Assembly: GCA_965116925.1 (NCBI GenBank) | Contig: OZ220744.1 | Location: 416,001 to 480,000, forward strand | Direction: 5' to 3' | From: Candidatus Poribacteria bacterium | GTDB taxonomy: Bacteria; Poribacteria; WGA-4E; PCPOR2b | Length of the DNA: 64,000 nucleotides | Shown: piece by piece, positions 19,604-28,202 of the stretch | Layout of the letters: each line of letters opens with the position of its first letter | How positions within the stretch are numbered: position 1 is the first letter of the stretch | Position numbers and translations under genes: made by a program | Notes under the pieces: model-generated | What the model saw: the letters and a program-made list of their open reading frames with translations, nothing else | Told to the model about the DNA's origin: nothing | The model's database searches: none

Positions 19604-21340
19604 ATGAAAAAGCAATCCTATAAAACTTCATTCCTAATTACGGTAGCTAGTCTTATTCTATTATTAGCAGTTTTTTCGATTACAGTTTTTGCCCAAGGCA
19701 AACAGGCACCCGCAGCCTCCGAAGAAGGAAAGGCACTATATGAAGATAAGTGTGCACACTGTCACGGTATAGAAGGTGCTGGCGATGGATCTGCAGCAGA
19801 AAACCTGTTGCCAAGACCGAGAGATTTCACGCGGGGGCTCTACAAAATCCGTTCAACAGAAAGTGCTCAACTGCCGACCGATCAAGACCTCTTCGACATC
19901 ATCTCCAACGGTATGCCAGGCTCCTCTATGCCCGCTTGGGGCGAAATCCTGACGGAGGATGAACAGTGGCAGCTCGTCGCCCATATCAAAACCTTCTACG
20001 ACGGCTTTGAGGGGGCTTCTCCGCGGTTAATTGATGTGTCGGGCAAAGTTCCATATTCTGAAGAGAGCGTCGCCAAAGGAAAAGAATTTTACACCAATCT
20101 TGGGTGTGTCGATTGCCACGGCGTAGTCGGCAGAGGTGATGGTACATCTGCCCCAGATCTTACGGATGAATGGGGGTTTCGCACATGGCCCGCCAATCTT
20201 TGGGAACAGTGGAATTATCGGGGTGGGGCAACAACTGAGGATATCTTCAAGCGATTTATCGGTGGCATCGCTGGCTCACCGATGCCCTCGTTCATCTCAA
20301 GTTTCCGGCTCGGTCTGACAGATGAGGAATCGGCGCGTATGAATGAGCTAGAACTCAAAATGGATGACGACGGTCTTTCAGAGGCGGAGGAGGAAGAATA
20401 CGCAGTGCTTGAAGAAAAGCTGTTTATGTTTGAGGACATCATGCTCAACGTTGAAGAAGGTGTGGAGCTCACTCCGGACGAACAGACTAAACTCGATACA
20501 GCCCTAAAGCCGATTTTTGAAAAAAGTTGGCACCTCGCAAATTATGTGAAATCCTTAGGACCCGAAGAGCGACCGCCAGCGGCGGTTGGTGACAAAGTGC
20601 TACGCTCACAATATCGCGCAGGGGCGTTGCCGAGCATGAACGATGAAGCTTGGAATGAAATTCAAGAAGCCAGTTATTTTCCACTGGTCGGTCAAATTGT
20701 TATTGACCCGCGACAATTTAACCCCTCGATCGATTCAGTAATGGCAAAGTCGTTCTATAACGATAATGAAATCGCTTTTCTCTTCACATGGGATGATCGC
20801 ACTAAAACCCTGCCCCAGACAGATGACGAGACCGGGGAAACGGTTGAAGATGCCTTAGCAATTCAGTTTCCGGTGAAAATTTCTGAAGGTCCGACGGATC
20901 CGAAACCCTACTTTATCTATGGCGACCGCCGTCCCGTCTATCTCTGGAGTTGGAAGGTTGCCGAACCGTCAACGGTCACAGAGATGACTGCGAAGGGGAT
21001 CGATAAAGCAACAGTCCAATCTGACCAAAGCCCAATACAAGCTGAGGGTGTTTACAAAGATGGGCAATATCAATTATGGGTAAAGAGATCGCTCACAACC
21101 GATGATACAAGAAATGACGTGCAGTTTACACCGGGCGTATTTATACCCATCGCTTTTTCCGCGTGGGATGGCGCAAATGGCGATGTAAAAACGAAGCGAG
21201 CAATTTCAACGTGGTATACATTCGTCCTTGATCCTGTTCCATCAAATAAGCGATTTGTCTATCCGCCACTGATTGCCCTTATTTCTGTCGGTCTCCTTTT
21301 CGGTTTGAGAAATAGCGTCCGGAGACGACAGAATACATAG
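19604..21340 (+). CDS. Diheme cytochrome c fused to a DMSO-reductase type II / ethylbenzene dehydrogenase gamma-like heme b domain (NxrC-like), C-terminal TM anchor
   Basis: Signal peptide; CAHCH and CVDCH; FTWDD.T, DALAIQFP, KRSL.T, IAFSAWDG.N and K..ISTW motifs; C-terminal hydrophobic helix. Confidence 0.8.
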   Translation: MKKQSYKTSFLITVASLILLLAVFSITVFAQGKQAPAASEEGKALYEDKCAHCHGIEGAGDGSAAENLLPRPRDFTRGLYKIRSTESAQLPTDQDLFDIISNGMPGSSMPAWGEILTEDEQWQLVAHIKTFYDGFEGASPRLIDVSGKVPYSEESVAKGKEFYTNLGCVDCHGVVGRGDGTSAPDLTDEWGFRTWPANLWEQWNYRGGATTEDIFKRFIGGIAGSPMPSFISSFRLGLTDEESARMNELELKMDDDGLSEAEEEEYAVLEEKLFMFEDIMLNVEEGVELTPDEQTKLDTALKPIFEKSWHLANYVKSLGPEERPPAAVGDKVLRSQYRAGALPSMNDEAWNEIQEASYFPLVGQIVIDPRQFNPSIDSVMAKSFYNDNEIAFLFTWDDRTKTLPQTDDETGETVEDALAIQFPVKISEGPTDPKPYFIYGDRRPVYLWSWKVAEPSTVTEMTAKGIDKATVQSDQSPIQAEGVYKDGQYQLWVKRSLTTDDTRNDVQFTPGVFIPIAFSAWDGANGDVKTKRAISTWYTFVLDPVPSNKRFVYPPLIALISVGLLFGLRNSVRRRQNT

Positions 21341-21401
21341 GAATTAGACTGTTGGCTTGAGACTTAGGAGACTATCATAACCTCGACAAAAGGTCAAGTA
21401 A

Positions 21402-21692
21402 ATGGATTACCAAGATGTCATCACAATTGAACCCGACAAGCGCGGTGGTAAACCATGTATCCGTGGGATGAGGATCACAGTTTATGATGTACTCGATTAT
21501 CTGGCCTCGGGCATGACCATTGAAGAAATTATTAATGATTTTCCATACTTAAACGAGGCGGACATTCGGGCATGTCTCGCGTATGCCGCTGACAGGGAAA
21601 AAGCGCAGATGCTTATTCGCGTTAATGAAACTTCTATTGGATCAGAACCTATCACCCAAGCTGGTGGAGCGGCTAGCGGATCTGTTTCCTAA
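21402..21692 (+). CDS. DUF433 family antitoxin
   Basis: P.KRGGKPCIRGMRITV.DVL..LASG and FP.L...DIRACLAYAA signature. Confidence 0.88.
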   Translation: MDYQDVITIEPDKRGGKPCIRGMRITVYDVLDYLASGMTIEEIINDFPYLNEADIRACLAYAADREKAQMLIRVNETSIGSEPITQAGGAASGSVS

Positions 21693-21957
21693 TTCCACTC
21701 ATGTTCAAATAGTTGGGCTAGACACGGCAAATGACTCCGAGTTGTGGAATTATGCCCTTGAAAACGACTATTTCATTGTGTCAAAGGATGTAGACTTCAG
21801 TGATAGAAGTGTGATTCATGGGGTGCCTCCAAAGGTGATTTGGCTTAGACGGGGAAATTGCTCAACGCCTACTATCGAACGTATACTGAGAAACCATTAC
21901 TCGGATATTGCATCGTTTGCAGATGATCCCAATCGAGGAGTACTTGTACTGCTGTAG
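21625..21957 (+). CDS. DUF5615 / VapC45-like PIN toxin
   Basis: MKLLLDQNLS, D..LW.YA, IVSKD.DF, PPKVIWLR.GN. Confidence 0.88.
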   Translation: MKLLLDQNLSPKLVERLADLFPNSTHVQIVGLDTANDSELWNYALENDYFIVSKDVDFSDRSVIHGVPPKVIWLRRGNCSTPTIERILRNHYSDIASFADDPNRGVLVLL

Positions 21958-22117
21958 TTTACTATACCTCTACAATAGATGAGAGGTAGACCATAAACGG
22001 AGAGAACTTCTCTTATGACAGAGAAGTTCAATTTTCTGGGCTGTATTTGAAACAGCCAAACATAATTACCTCTCACTGATAACCTGTGTCAACCCTAATT
22101 CCAAAAGGAGTTCAACA

Positions 22118-22900
22118 ATGAAAACTATACTTGCTACAACCCTAACCCTGCTCATCGCGTGTGTTTACGTTGCCACCGCCACCGCTGCCGGTGGAGACGA
22201 AGAAGTCGAATCGCTGGTCTTCCCGACTTCCTATAAAGCGATGAGTGTCTCTAACGGCGGTACTATTAGCGGCATGGTAAAATTTGATGGGGCCGCGCCT
22301 GAGATGAAAAAACTGGAAATTACCAAAGACGCACAAGTGTGTGGTAAAACCGACAAGCATGATGAGTCGATTGTTCTTGGCGAAGGAAATGCTCTGAAAA
22401 ACACAATCGTTTACCTGATGGATATCTCATCAGGAGCGGATTTTCCAAGCGGCACCAAATACGAGATGGATCAGAAAGGTTGTCAGTTTGACCCACATGT
22501 GCGTCTCCTTCCGATTGGAACACGCTTGACCATGATCAATCCCGACAGAATCAACCATAACGTCCACATCTTCAGCTCGGCAAATCCTGCTTTTAATAAA
22601 TCGCAGCCGGGAACCAGACGCAAGATGAATATTAAAGCGGTAAAGAAAGCGGAAGGACCCGTAAACGTCAAATGTGACGTCCACGGTTGGATGCAGGCAT
22701 GGATTGCGTATATCCCCCATCCATATTTTGCGGTCACCGACGAGAACGGGCAATATACGCTTGAGAATGTTCCGCCGGGCACCTACAAGTTAGGATATTG
22801 GCAAGAAGCCTGTGGTTCAAATAAAGACGCACCCGTTTCGGTTACTGTTGAAGCCGGGGGAACGGTTACACAAGACTTTACTCTCGCACTCAAAAAGTAA
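22118..22900 (+). CDS. Exported cupredoxin-like protein (paralog of 14444-15193)
   Basis: Signal peptide; MDQ.GC.F.PHV; HNVH; C-D-V-H-G-W-M; AVTDENGQY.LENVPPG.Y. Confidence 0.78.
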   Translation: MKTILATTLTLLIACVYVATATAAGGDEEVESLVFPTSYKAMSVSNGGTISGMVKFDGAAPEMKKLEITKDAQVCGKTDKHDESIVLGEGNALKNTIVYLMDISSGADFPSGTKYEMDQKGCQFDPHVRLLPIGTRLTMINPDRINHNVHIFSSANPAFNKSQPGTRRKMNIKAVKKAEGPVNVKCDVHGWMQAWIAYIPHPYFAVTDENGQYTLENVPPGTYKLGYWQEACGSNKDAPVSVTVEAGGTVTQDFTLALKK

Positions 22901-23054
22901 ATGCTGAAAATCCCTACGCTAAGACACCGAGTTTGTTCCGAAAAACTCGGTGTCTTAGCGTTTAAGTATAGATCGTTGAAGTGTGTAGTTAATCAGTACT
23001 ATGATGCCTTTGCATTAGACTATTAAGTATCCGATTATCCATAAGATTGTTGAG

Positions 23055-23079
23055 TATGATAGCACATTTTGCTATCATA
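23055..23079. promoter_or_regulatory. Inverted-repeat operator upstream of hicAB (likely HicB autoregulation site)
   Basis: TATGATAGCA-N5-TGCTATCATA perfect 10-bp inverted repeat immediately before the hicA ATG. Confidence 0.6.
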
Positions 23080-23085
23080 AAGTTA

Positions 23086-23340
23086 ATGAACAAACGGCAT
23101 CAAAATACTCTGAGCAATATTTTCAGCACGCCAGTACCGACCACACTGGAATGGAGGCGTATTGAAGCCCTTTTCACAGCACTTGGTGCCAAATCAATTG
23201 AAGGAAGAGGTTCACGAGTACGGTTTGAACTGAATAATGTTGTTGCTACTTTTCACCGACCCCATTCCCAGAAAGAAGCAAAACCATACCAAGTGCGTGA
23301 CGCCCGACGTTTTCTACGACAAGCAGGAATAACGCCATGA
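23086..23340 (+). CDS. hicA: HicA family toxin
   Basis: MNKRHQ.TL..IF, W..IE.LF.ALGA, EG.GSRVRF, FHRPH..KEAKPYQV. Confidence 0.88.
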   Translation: MNKRHQNTLSNIFSTPVPTTLEWRRIEALFTALGAKSIEGRGSRVRFELNNVVATFHRPHSQKEAKPYQVRDARRFLRQAGITP

Positions 23341-23678
23341 ATACAATGAGCTATAGCGGATATGTCGCTCGAATTGACTATAGTCATGAAGATGGCTGCT
23401 TTACTGGTCATATTGCAGGTATCAGTGATGTCGTTGGCTTTCACGGCGAATCCGTTACAGAATTGCGGGCTGCTTTTGAAGAAGCAGTTGATGACTATCT
23501 CCAAGCTTGTGAAAAACTAAATCGCCCGCCTCAAAAGCCTTATTCTGGTAACCTAATGTTACACATTCCACCGGAAATTCATGCAGCGATTGTCATGGCA
23601 GCAGAAGTTAGTGGAAAAAGTATTAATCAATGGGCAGCGGATACATTCGTTGATGCGCTACAGACAGATCTACAATAA
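23337..23678 (+). CDS. hicB: HicB family antitoxin with C-terminal RHH domain
   Basis: Y.GY.ARI.Y, FHGESV.EL..AF.EAVDDYL, KPYSG.LML.IPPE.H, SINQW. Confidence 0.88.
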   Translation: MNTMSYSGYVARIDYSHEDGCFTGHIAGISDVVGFHGESVTELRAAFEEAVDDYLQACEKLNRPPQKPYSGNLMLHIPPEIHAAIVMAAEVSGKSINQWAADTFVDALQTDLQ

Positions 23679-23750
23679 TCCAACGATCGAAACGAAATAC
23701 ACTGAAAATCAAGGCCTCGACAAGGAGGGATTACAATCAAATTCTCTCCA

Positions 23751-24662
23751 ATGAAAATGTTCCCGGTTGAAGTGGGGAACCTTTCTTACGCTTACGGGCC
23801 CCGACGGGCACTTGTAGATGTAACCTTTAGCGTCTCACAAGGGGAAGTCTTTGGGTTTCTTGGCCCAAATGGCAGCGGTAAAACCACACTCTTTAAGATA
23901 CTCTCTACCCTGATTCCGGTGAATCAAGCTGCTGTCAATATTCTTGGTCATGAGCTTGCCAGTGAATCGAAAAGTGTCAGGCAGTATCTGGGTGTGGTTT
24001 TTCAGCATCCAAGTTTAGATGAAAAACTTACCGTCACCGAAAATCTTCGACACCACGCCCATCTTTACGGGCTACACGGTAAGACGCTGAAGCAGCGGAT
24101 CCAAGACGCTCTCGACCAATTTGAATTGACCGATCGCGCTCATGAGGATGTGGAAACACTATCGGGTGGACTGCGAAGGCGTGCGGAGTTGGCAAAGGCG
24201 ACCCTCCACCAGCCGAAACTTTTGCTGTTGGATGAACCGAGCACTGGACTCGATCCCGGGGCACGCCGAAGTTTCAGAGCATATTTGGCGAACTTGCAAG
24301 AAACAACGGTTATCCTGACAACCCACATTTTAGATGATGCGGAAGCGTGTGACCGCGTGGGAATTCTCAACGCAGGAGAGTTGGTTGCCATCGGGACACC
24401 GGATGAACTGAAAAGGCGGGTCAGTGGAGATATTGTCATCGTTGATTCTCCTGTACCTGAACAGCTTGCACCAAAAATAAACCAAAGGTTTGGGAATACG
24501 GCAGCCTCGATTGAGGGGGCGTTACACATTGAGTGCCGCAACGGGCATGAATTTGTTCGAGATGTAGTCGCTGCCTTTCCGAACGAAATTCGATCTGTGC
24601 GCTTTGGAAAGCCGACGTTGGAAGACGTTTTCATCAAACTTACGGGACGGCACTTTAATTAA
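23751..24662 (+). CDS. ABC exporter ATP-binding subunit (DrrA/NodI-like)
   Basis: GPNGSGKT, LSGG, LLLLDEP, TTH; C-terminal PTLEDVFIKLTG. Confidence 0.9.
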   Translation: MKMFPVEVGNLSYAYGPRRALVDVTFSVSQGEVFGFLGPNGSGKTTLFKILSTLIPVNQAAVNILGHELASESKSVRQYLGVVFQHPSLDEKLTVTENLRHHAHLYGLHGKTLKQRIQDALDQFELTDRAHEDVETLSGGLRRRAELAKATLHQPKLLLLDEPSTGLDPGARRSFRAYLANLQETTVILTTHILDDAEACDRVGILNAGELVAIGTPDELKRRVSGDIVIVDSPVPEQLAPKINQRFGNTAASIEGALHIECRNGHEFVRDVVAAFPNEIRSVRFGKPTLEDVFIKLTGRHFN

Positions 24663-24714
24663 CCTTTGTTTGATGGGCTTGCAAAATACAGCTATATTAC
24701 ATAGGAGGGTCCGT

Positions 24715-24943
24715 GTGGAACGCTATAGGAATCTTAGCGGAGGGTCAGGAATCGTGGCGTATGAAAACGGTCCAGATTTCATTAGGGTCCAGTTTTCTAG
24801 TGGCTCAGTTTACCTAATACACGTATGAAAGTGCAGGCTCTGAAAACATTGAAGAGATGAAGGAATTAGCCAGCAAGGGCGAAGGACTAAACTCATTCAT
24901 CAATACAACCGTTCGCCACTATTGTGCTCGGAGAGAGCGTTAG
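24715..24943 (+). pseudogene. Frameshifted small conserved hypothetical (KTSC-like) gene
   Basis: AGGAGG RBS and GTG at 24715. Removing one A at 24816/24817 gives MERYRNLSGGSGIVAYENGPDFIRVQFSSGSVYLYTYESAGSENIEEMKELASKGEGLNSFINTTVRHYCARRER*. Confidence 0.6.
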
Positions 24944-24969
24944 TTTGCTATTGCAATAACCGAACGCCC

Positions 24970-25896
24970 ATGAAAACATTGAGTAACATTTCGATTCCAC
25001 ATCCATTTCCATATCAGGGGAGTAAGCGAGGGATTGCTCAATATATTCTTCCATATTTCCCAAGTTCTGTGCGTTGTCTTATAGAGCCATTCTGTGGTTC
25101 TAGTGCGGTTTCTATTGCTGCTGCTGCACACGGACTCACAAGACAATTTTGGTTCAATGACTTAAATCAACCCTTGATGGAACTGTGGAAAGAAATATTG
25201 GAAAGACCTAACGAGTTGGCAGGCGGTTATGAAAAACTTTGGAATGAACAACATTCAAATAAAAAACAATTCTTCTTCCGAATCCGTGACGAGTTCAACG
25301 CAACGCATCAACCGCATCACCTGCTTTATCTTCTGGCACGAATCGTAAAAGGTTCTGTAAGGTACAGTGCTGAAGGCAAATTTAATCAGAGTGCTGATAA
25401 TCGGCGTTGGGGTATGCGTCCCAAAACCATGCGGCAACAAATTTTTGGTGTTTATGCTCTACTCGCTGGAAAAACAAGGCTTTCGGCTGTTGATTTTCGC
25501 ATGGTTGCGGTGGAAGCTGACAAAGACGATTTAGTTTATATGGATCCACCTTACCAAGGCATATCCTTTACGAGAGACCATAGGTACTACAATGGGCTTT
25601 CCTATGATGAATTTGTAGATGCCCTTCAAATAATGAATGAAAAAGATGTTTCATATATTATTAGCTATGACGGACAAACCGGCGAAAAAACTCATGGGAA
25701 GCTGCTTCCTCGTAGGCTGTCTCTAAAACACTTGAATATACATACTGGTAGATCAAGTCAAGCTACTCTCTTAGGCTATAACCATGAAACTGTTGAATCT
25801 TTATATTTGTCGCCTGCGTTGGTAGAGCGTTTGAACGGTGAAGAGCGTAATCTTGAAAAAGAATCACAAATTCAGCTAGAGTTTGCCCGTCTATGA
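24970..25896 (+). CDS. Dam/D12-class N6-adenine DNA methyltransferase
   Basis: PFPYQGSKR, IEPFCGS (motif I), YMDPPY (motif IV). Confidence 0.9.
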   Translation: MKTLSNISIPHPFPYQGSKRGIAQYILPYFPSSVRCLIEPFCGSSAVSIAAAAHGLTRQFWFNDLNQPLMELWKEILERPNELAGGYEKLWNEQHSNKKQFFFRIRDEFNATHQPHHLLYLLARIVKGSVRYSAEGKFNQSADNRRWGMRPKTMRQQIFGVYALLAGKTRLSAVDFRMVAVEADKDDLVYMDPPYQGISFTRDHRYYNGLSYDEFVDALQIMNEKDVSYIISYDGQTGEKTHGKLLPRRLSLKHLNIHTGRSSQATLLGYNHETVESLYLSPALVERLNGEERNLEKESQIQLEFARL

Positions 25897-26624
25897 CTAG
25901 GCCAAAACTTCCTCCAGAATTTCTAGGGTTACTAAAGAAGGTTACAGCGAAAAGACCCCGAACGGTAATTGACCACATTCTTAAATACGGTCAAATTACA
26001 ACGGAAGAACTGAGAGAAATATACGGTTATAACCATCCACCACGAGCGATAAGAGATGTTCGTGAGCACGGTATTCCAGTGGAGACCTTCCGTGTAACTG
26101 GATCTGACGGCAGAAAAATCGCCGCATATAAGTTCGGTGATCCTTCAGAAGTCCGAACAACTCAGTTGTATGGTAGGACAGCCTTCTCCTCCCAATTAAA
26201 GGAGGCACTAATTAAAAAGTATGGTGCCCGTTGCAACATATATCTTGAGCCATTTCCAGAACGGGAATTGCAAATCGATCACAGAGTTCCATTTGAGATT
26301 GCTGGTGAGAATGTTGACCTTGACGATGTGAATGAATATATGCTCCTCTGTGCTTCTGCAAATAGAGCAAAATCATGGAGTTGCGAAAATTGTGAAAATT
26401 GGAGGAAAAGAGAAGTCAGTATTTGCGAGTCATGCTATTGGGCATATCCAGAATCATACAGCCATATCGCGACACGAGATATTCGAAGGTTAGATATTCT
26501 ATGGGTTGATGAAGATATCGCTGAGTATGATAGGCTACGAGGAGAAGCAGCAAAAGCTCAAGAAGAAGTTCCTCAGTATGTTAAGAATGTGCTACGCAAT
26601 CACTTTGAGCGTAAAGATAGCTAA
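25893..26624 (+). CDS. HNH type II restriction endonuclease, SphI-like
   Basis: YNHPPRA.RD, ELQIDHRVPF, LC.S.NRAKSWSCENC..W and C..CYWA.PE.Y resemble the R.SphI family as recalled; ATGA-coupled to the MTase. Confidence 0.7.
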   Translation: MTRPKLPPEFLGLLKKVTAKRPRTVIDHILKYGQITTEELREIYGYNHPPRAIRDVREHGIPVETFRVTGSDGRKIAAYKFGDPSEVRTTQLYGRTAFSSQLKEALIKKYGARCNIYLEPFPERELQIDHRVPFEIAGENVDLDDVNEYMLLCASANRAKSWSCENCENWRKREVSICESCYWAYPESYSHIATRDIRRLDILWVDEDIAEYDRLRGEAAKAQEEVPQYVKNVLRNHFERKDS

Positions 26625-26661
26625 CGATTTACTTCATCAACACAACGCACTCAACTAAACT

Positions 26662-27453
26662 TTGTTAATATCAAGATTTTTACTTCCTGTGGCGACGATT
26701 TGGTGGCGTGAAATCATTCGATTTCTACGCCAACGGAGCCGTCTATTGAGCGCGATTGTGCAACCGTTAATCTTTTGGCTGCTTTTGGGCGGTGGGCTAA
26801 ACGCCTCATTTAACCCGCCCGGCGTTCCTGAAACAAGCTACATCGAATATTTCTACCCCGGTATCATCACGCTTACACTGTTATTTACGACAATTTTCGC
26901 AACAATCTCGATTGTCCAAGACCGTCGAGAGGGTTTTCTTCAAGGTGTGCTTGTTGCGCCGGTGCCAAGATGGGTTATCGTGTTGGGACAAGCACTTGGC
27001 GGTACGACGTTAGCACTCTTTCAGGGTGCACTTTTTCTGTTTCTCGCACCGATAGTTGGAGTGCTGTTAAGCCCCTTTTCTTTACTCTCAGCACTCGGTG
27101 TGATGTTGACTTTGTCCTTTGGTCTGACAAACTTAGGATTAACGATCGCATGGCGAATGGATTCAACGCAAGGCTTTCATGCGATTATGAATCTTATTCT
27201 TATCCCGGTTTGGCTGCTCTCCGGTGCTTTCTTCCCCGTATCTGGTGTGCCGACATTCCTTGAGTGGGCGATGAAGTTGAATCCGCTCACCTATGGGGTT
27301 GCAGCCTTGCGTCGTTGTCTATACTTCAACGCATCTATAGTCTCTGAGGAGATTCCTCAACTGACGTTATCGCTAATTGTTACTGGCGCATTCTGTGTTA
27401 TTACGTATTTTGGTGCTGCTCGAACGGCATACCGTCGTCCGAACGTAGCATAA
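26662..27453 (+). CDS. ABC-2 type exporter permease
   Basis: W.RE..RF.RQ.SR, DRREGFLQGVLVAPV, LSGAFFP, NPLTYGV. Confidence 0.9.
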   Translation: MLISRFLLPVATIWWREIIRFLRQRSRLLSAIVQPLIFWLLLGGGLNASFNPPGVPETSYIEYFYPGIITLTLLFTTIFATISIVQDRREGFLQGVLVAPVPRWVIVLGQALGGTTLALFQGALFLFLAPIVGVLLSPFSLLSALGVMLTLSFGLTNLGLTIAWRMDSTQGFHAIMNLILIPVWLLSGAFFPVSGVPTFLEWAMKLNPLTYGVAALRRCLYFNASIVSEEIPQLTLSLIVTGAFCVITYFGAARTAYRRPNVA

Positions 27454-27497
27454 AAGAGATCGACTTACAAATTCAGCAGCCTCGAAAGGAGCTTTTA

Positions 27498-28178
27498 ATG
27501 AATTGGCTGAATTTTCCGGCATGGCTTCCAGAGAATGTCTCAACTTTTGGACAAGGGGTGGATAACCTCTTTATCCTAATCTACTGGATCACCTCAATTG
27601 TATTTTTGGCTGTTATGGCGGTACTCATTGTCTTCATTATTAAGTATCGCTTCCAAGAAGGTCGCAAAGCGGAGTATATTGAAGGTAGCACAACCCTTGA
27701 AATCGTATGGACTGCTGCTACCACCGTCATTGTCTTTGGACTCGCAATGTTGAGTCTGCCACAATGGAACAAGATTAAATTCCCTTCCCAATTTCCCGGT
27801 AACCCCGGTGCCGTCGTTCAAGTGAGTGGGAAACAATTTAACTGGGACATGACTTACCCGGGACCCGATGGCGAATGGGGCACTGACGATGACTTGGAAC
27901 TTGAGAATCAACTGCATGTTCCCGTTAACGAAGTGGTGCATATCAGACTCACTGCCGAGGATGTTATTCACAGCTTCTTTGTTCCTCAACTCCGGCTCAA
28001 GCAGGATGCCCTTCCCGGCAGGTTTATAAACATGTGGTTTGAAGCAACGAAACCGGGCACCTATGAAATCCCCTGCGCTGAACTCTGTGGTTTTGGACAC
28101 TCCGGGATGCTCGGATACCTTACCGTCCACACGGAAGAAGATTATGCAGCGTGGGTAAATGAACGGTGGGGAGAATAA
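27498..28178 (+). CDS. coxB: Cytochrome c oxidase subunit II
   Basis: Two TM helices; LEIVWT; CuA ligands DVIHSF and CAELCGFGHSGM. Confidence 0.95.
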   Translation: MNWLNFPAWLPENVSTFGQGVDNLFILIYWITSIVFLAVMAVLIVFIIKYRFQEGRKAEYIEGSTTLEIVWTAATTVIVFGLAMLSLPQWNKIKFPSQFPGNPGAVVQVSGKQFNWDMTYPGPDGEWGTDDDLELENQLHVPVNEVVHIRLTAEDVIHSFFVPQLRLKQDALPGRFINMWFEATKPGTYEIPCAELCGFGHSGMLGYLTVHTEEDYAAWVNERWGE

Positions 28179-28202
28179 TGAAAAGAAAGGAGTCAATATA
28201 GA

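Noticed and set aside
19604..21340. Calling this nxrC and the organism a nitrite oxidiser
   Set aside because: No molybdopterin catalytic or Fe-S beta subunit in the window; the heme b domain alone is not diagnostic.
21625..21692. 68-nt overlap of DUF433 and DUF5615 as programmed recoding
   Set aside because: More simply a lost stop codon giving a short C-terminal extension; both domains are intact.
24939..26625. RM pair as an integron cassette (GTTAGTT before it, AGCTAAC at its stop)
   Set aside because: No attC-like inverted structure follows; 7-bp matches can be chance.
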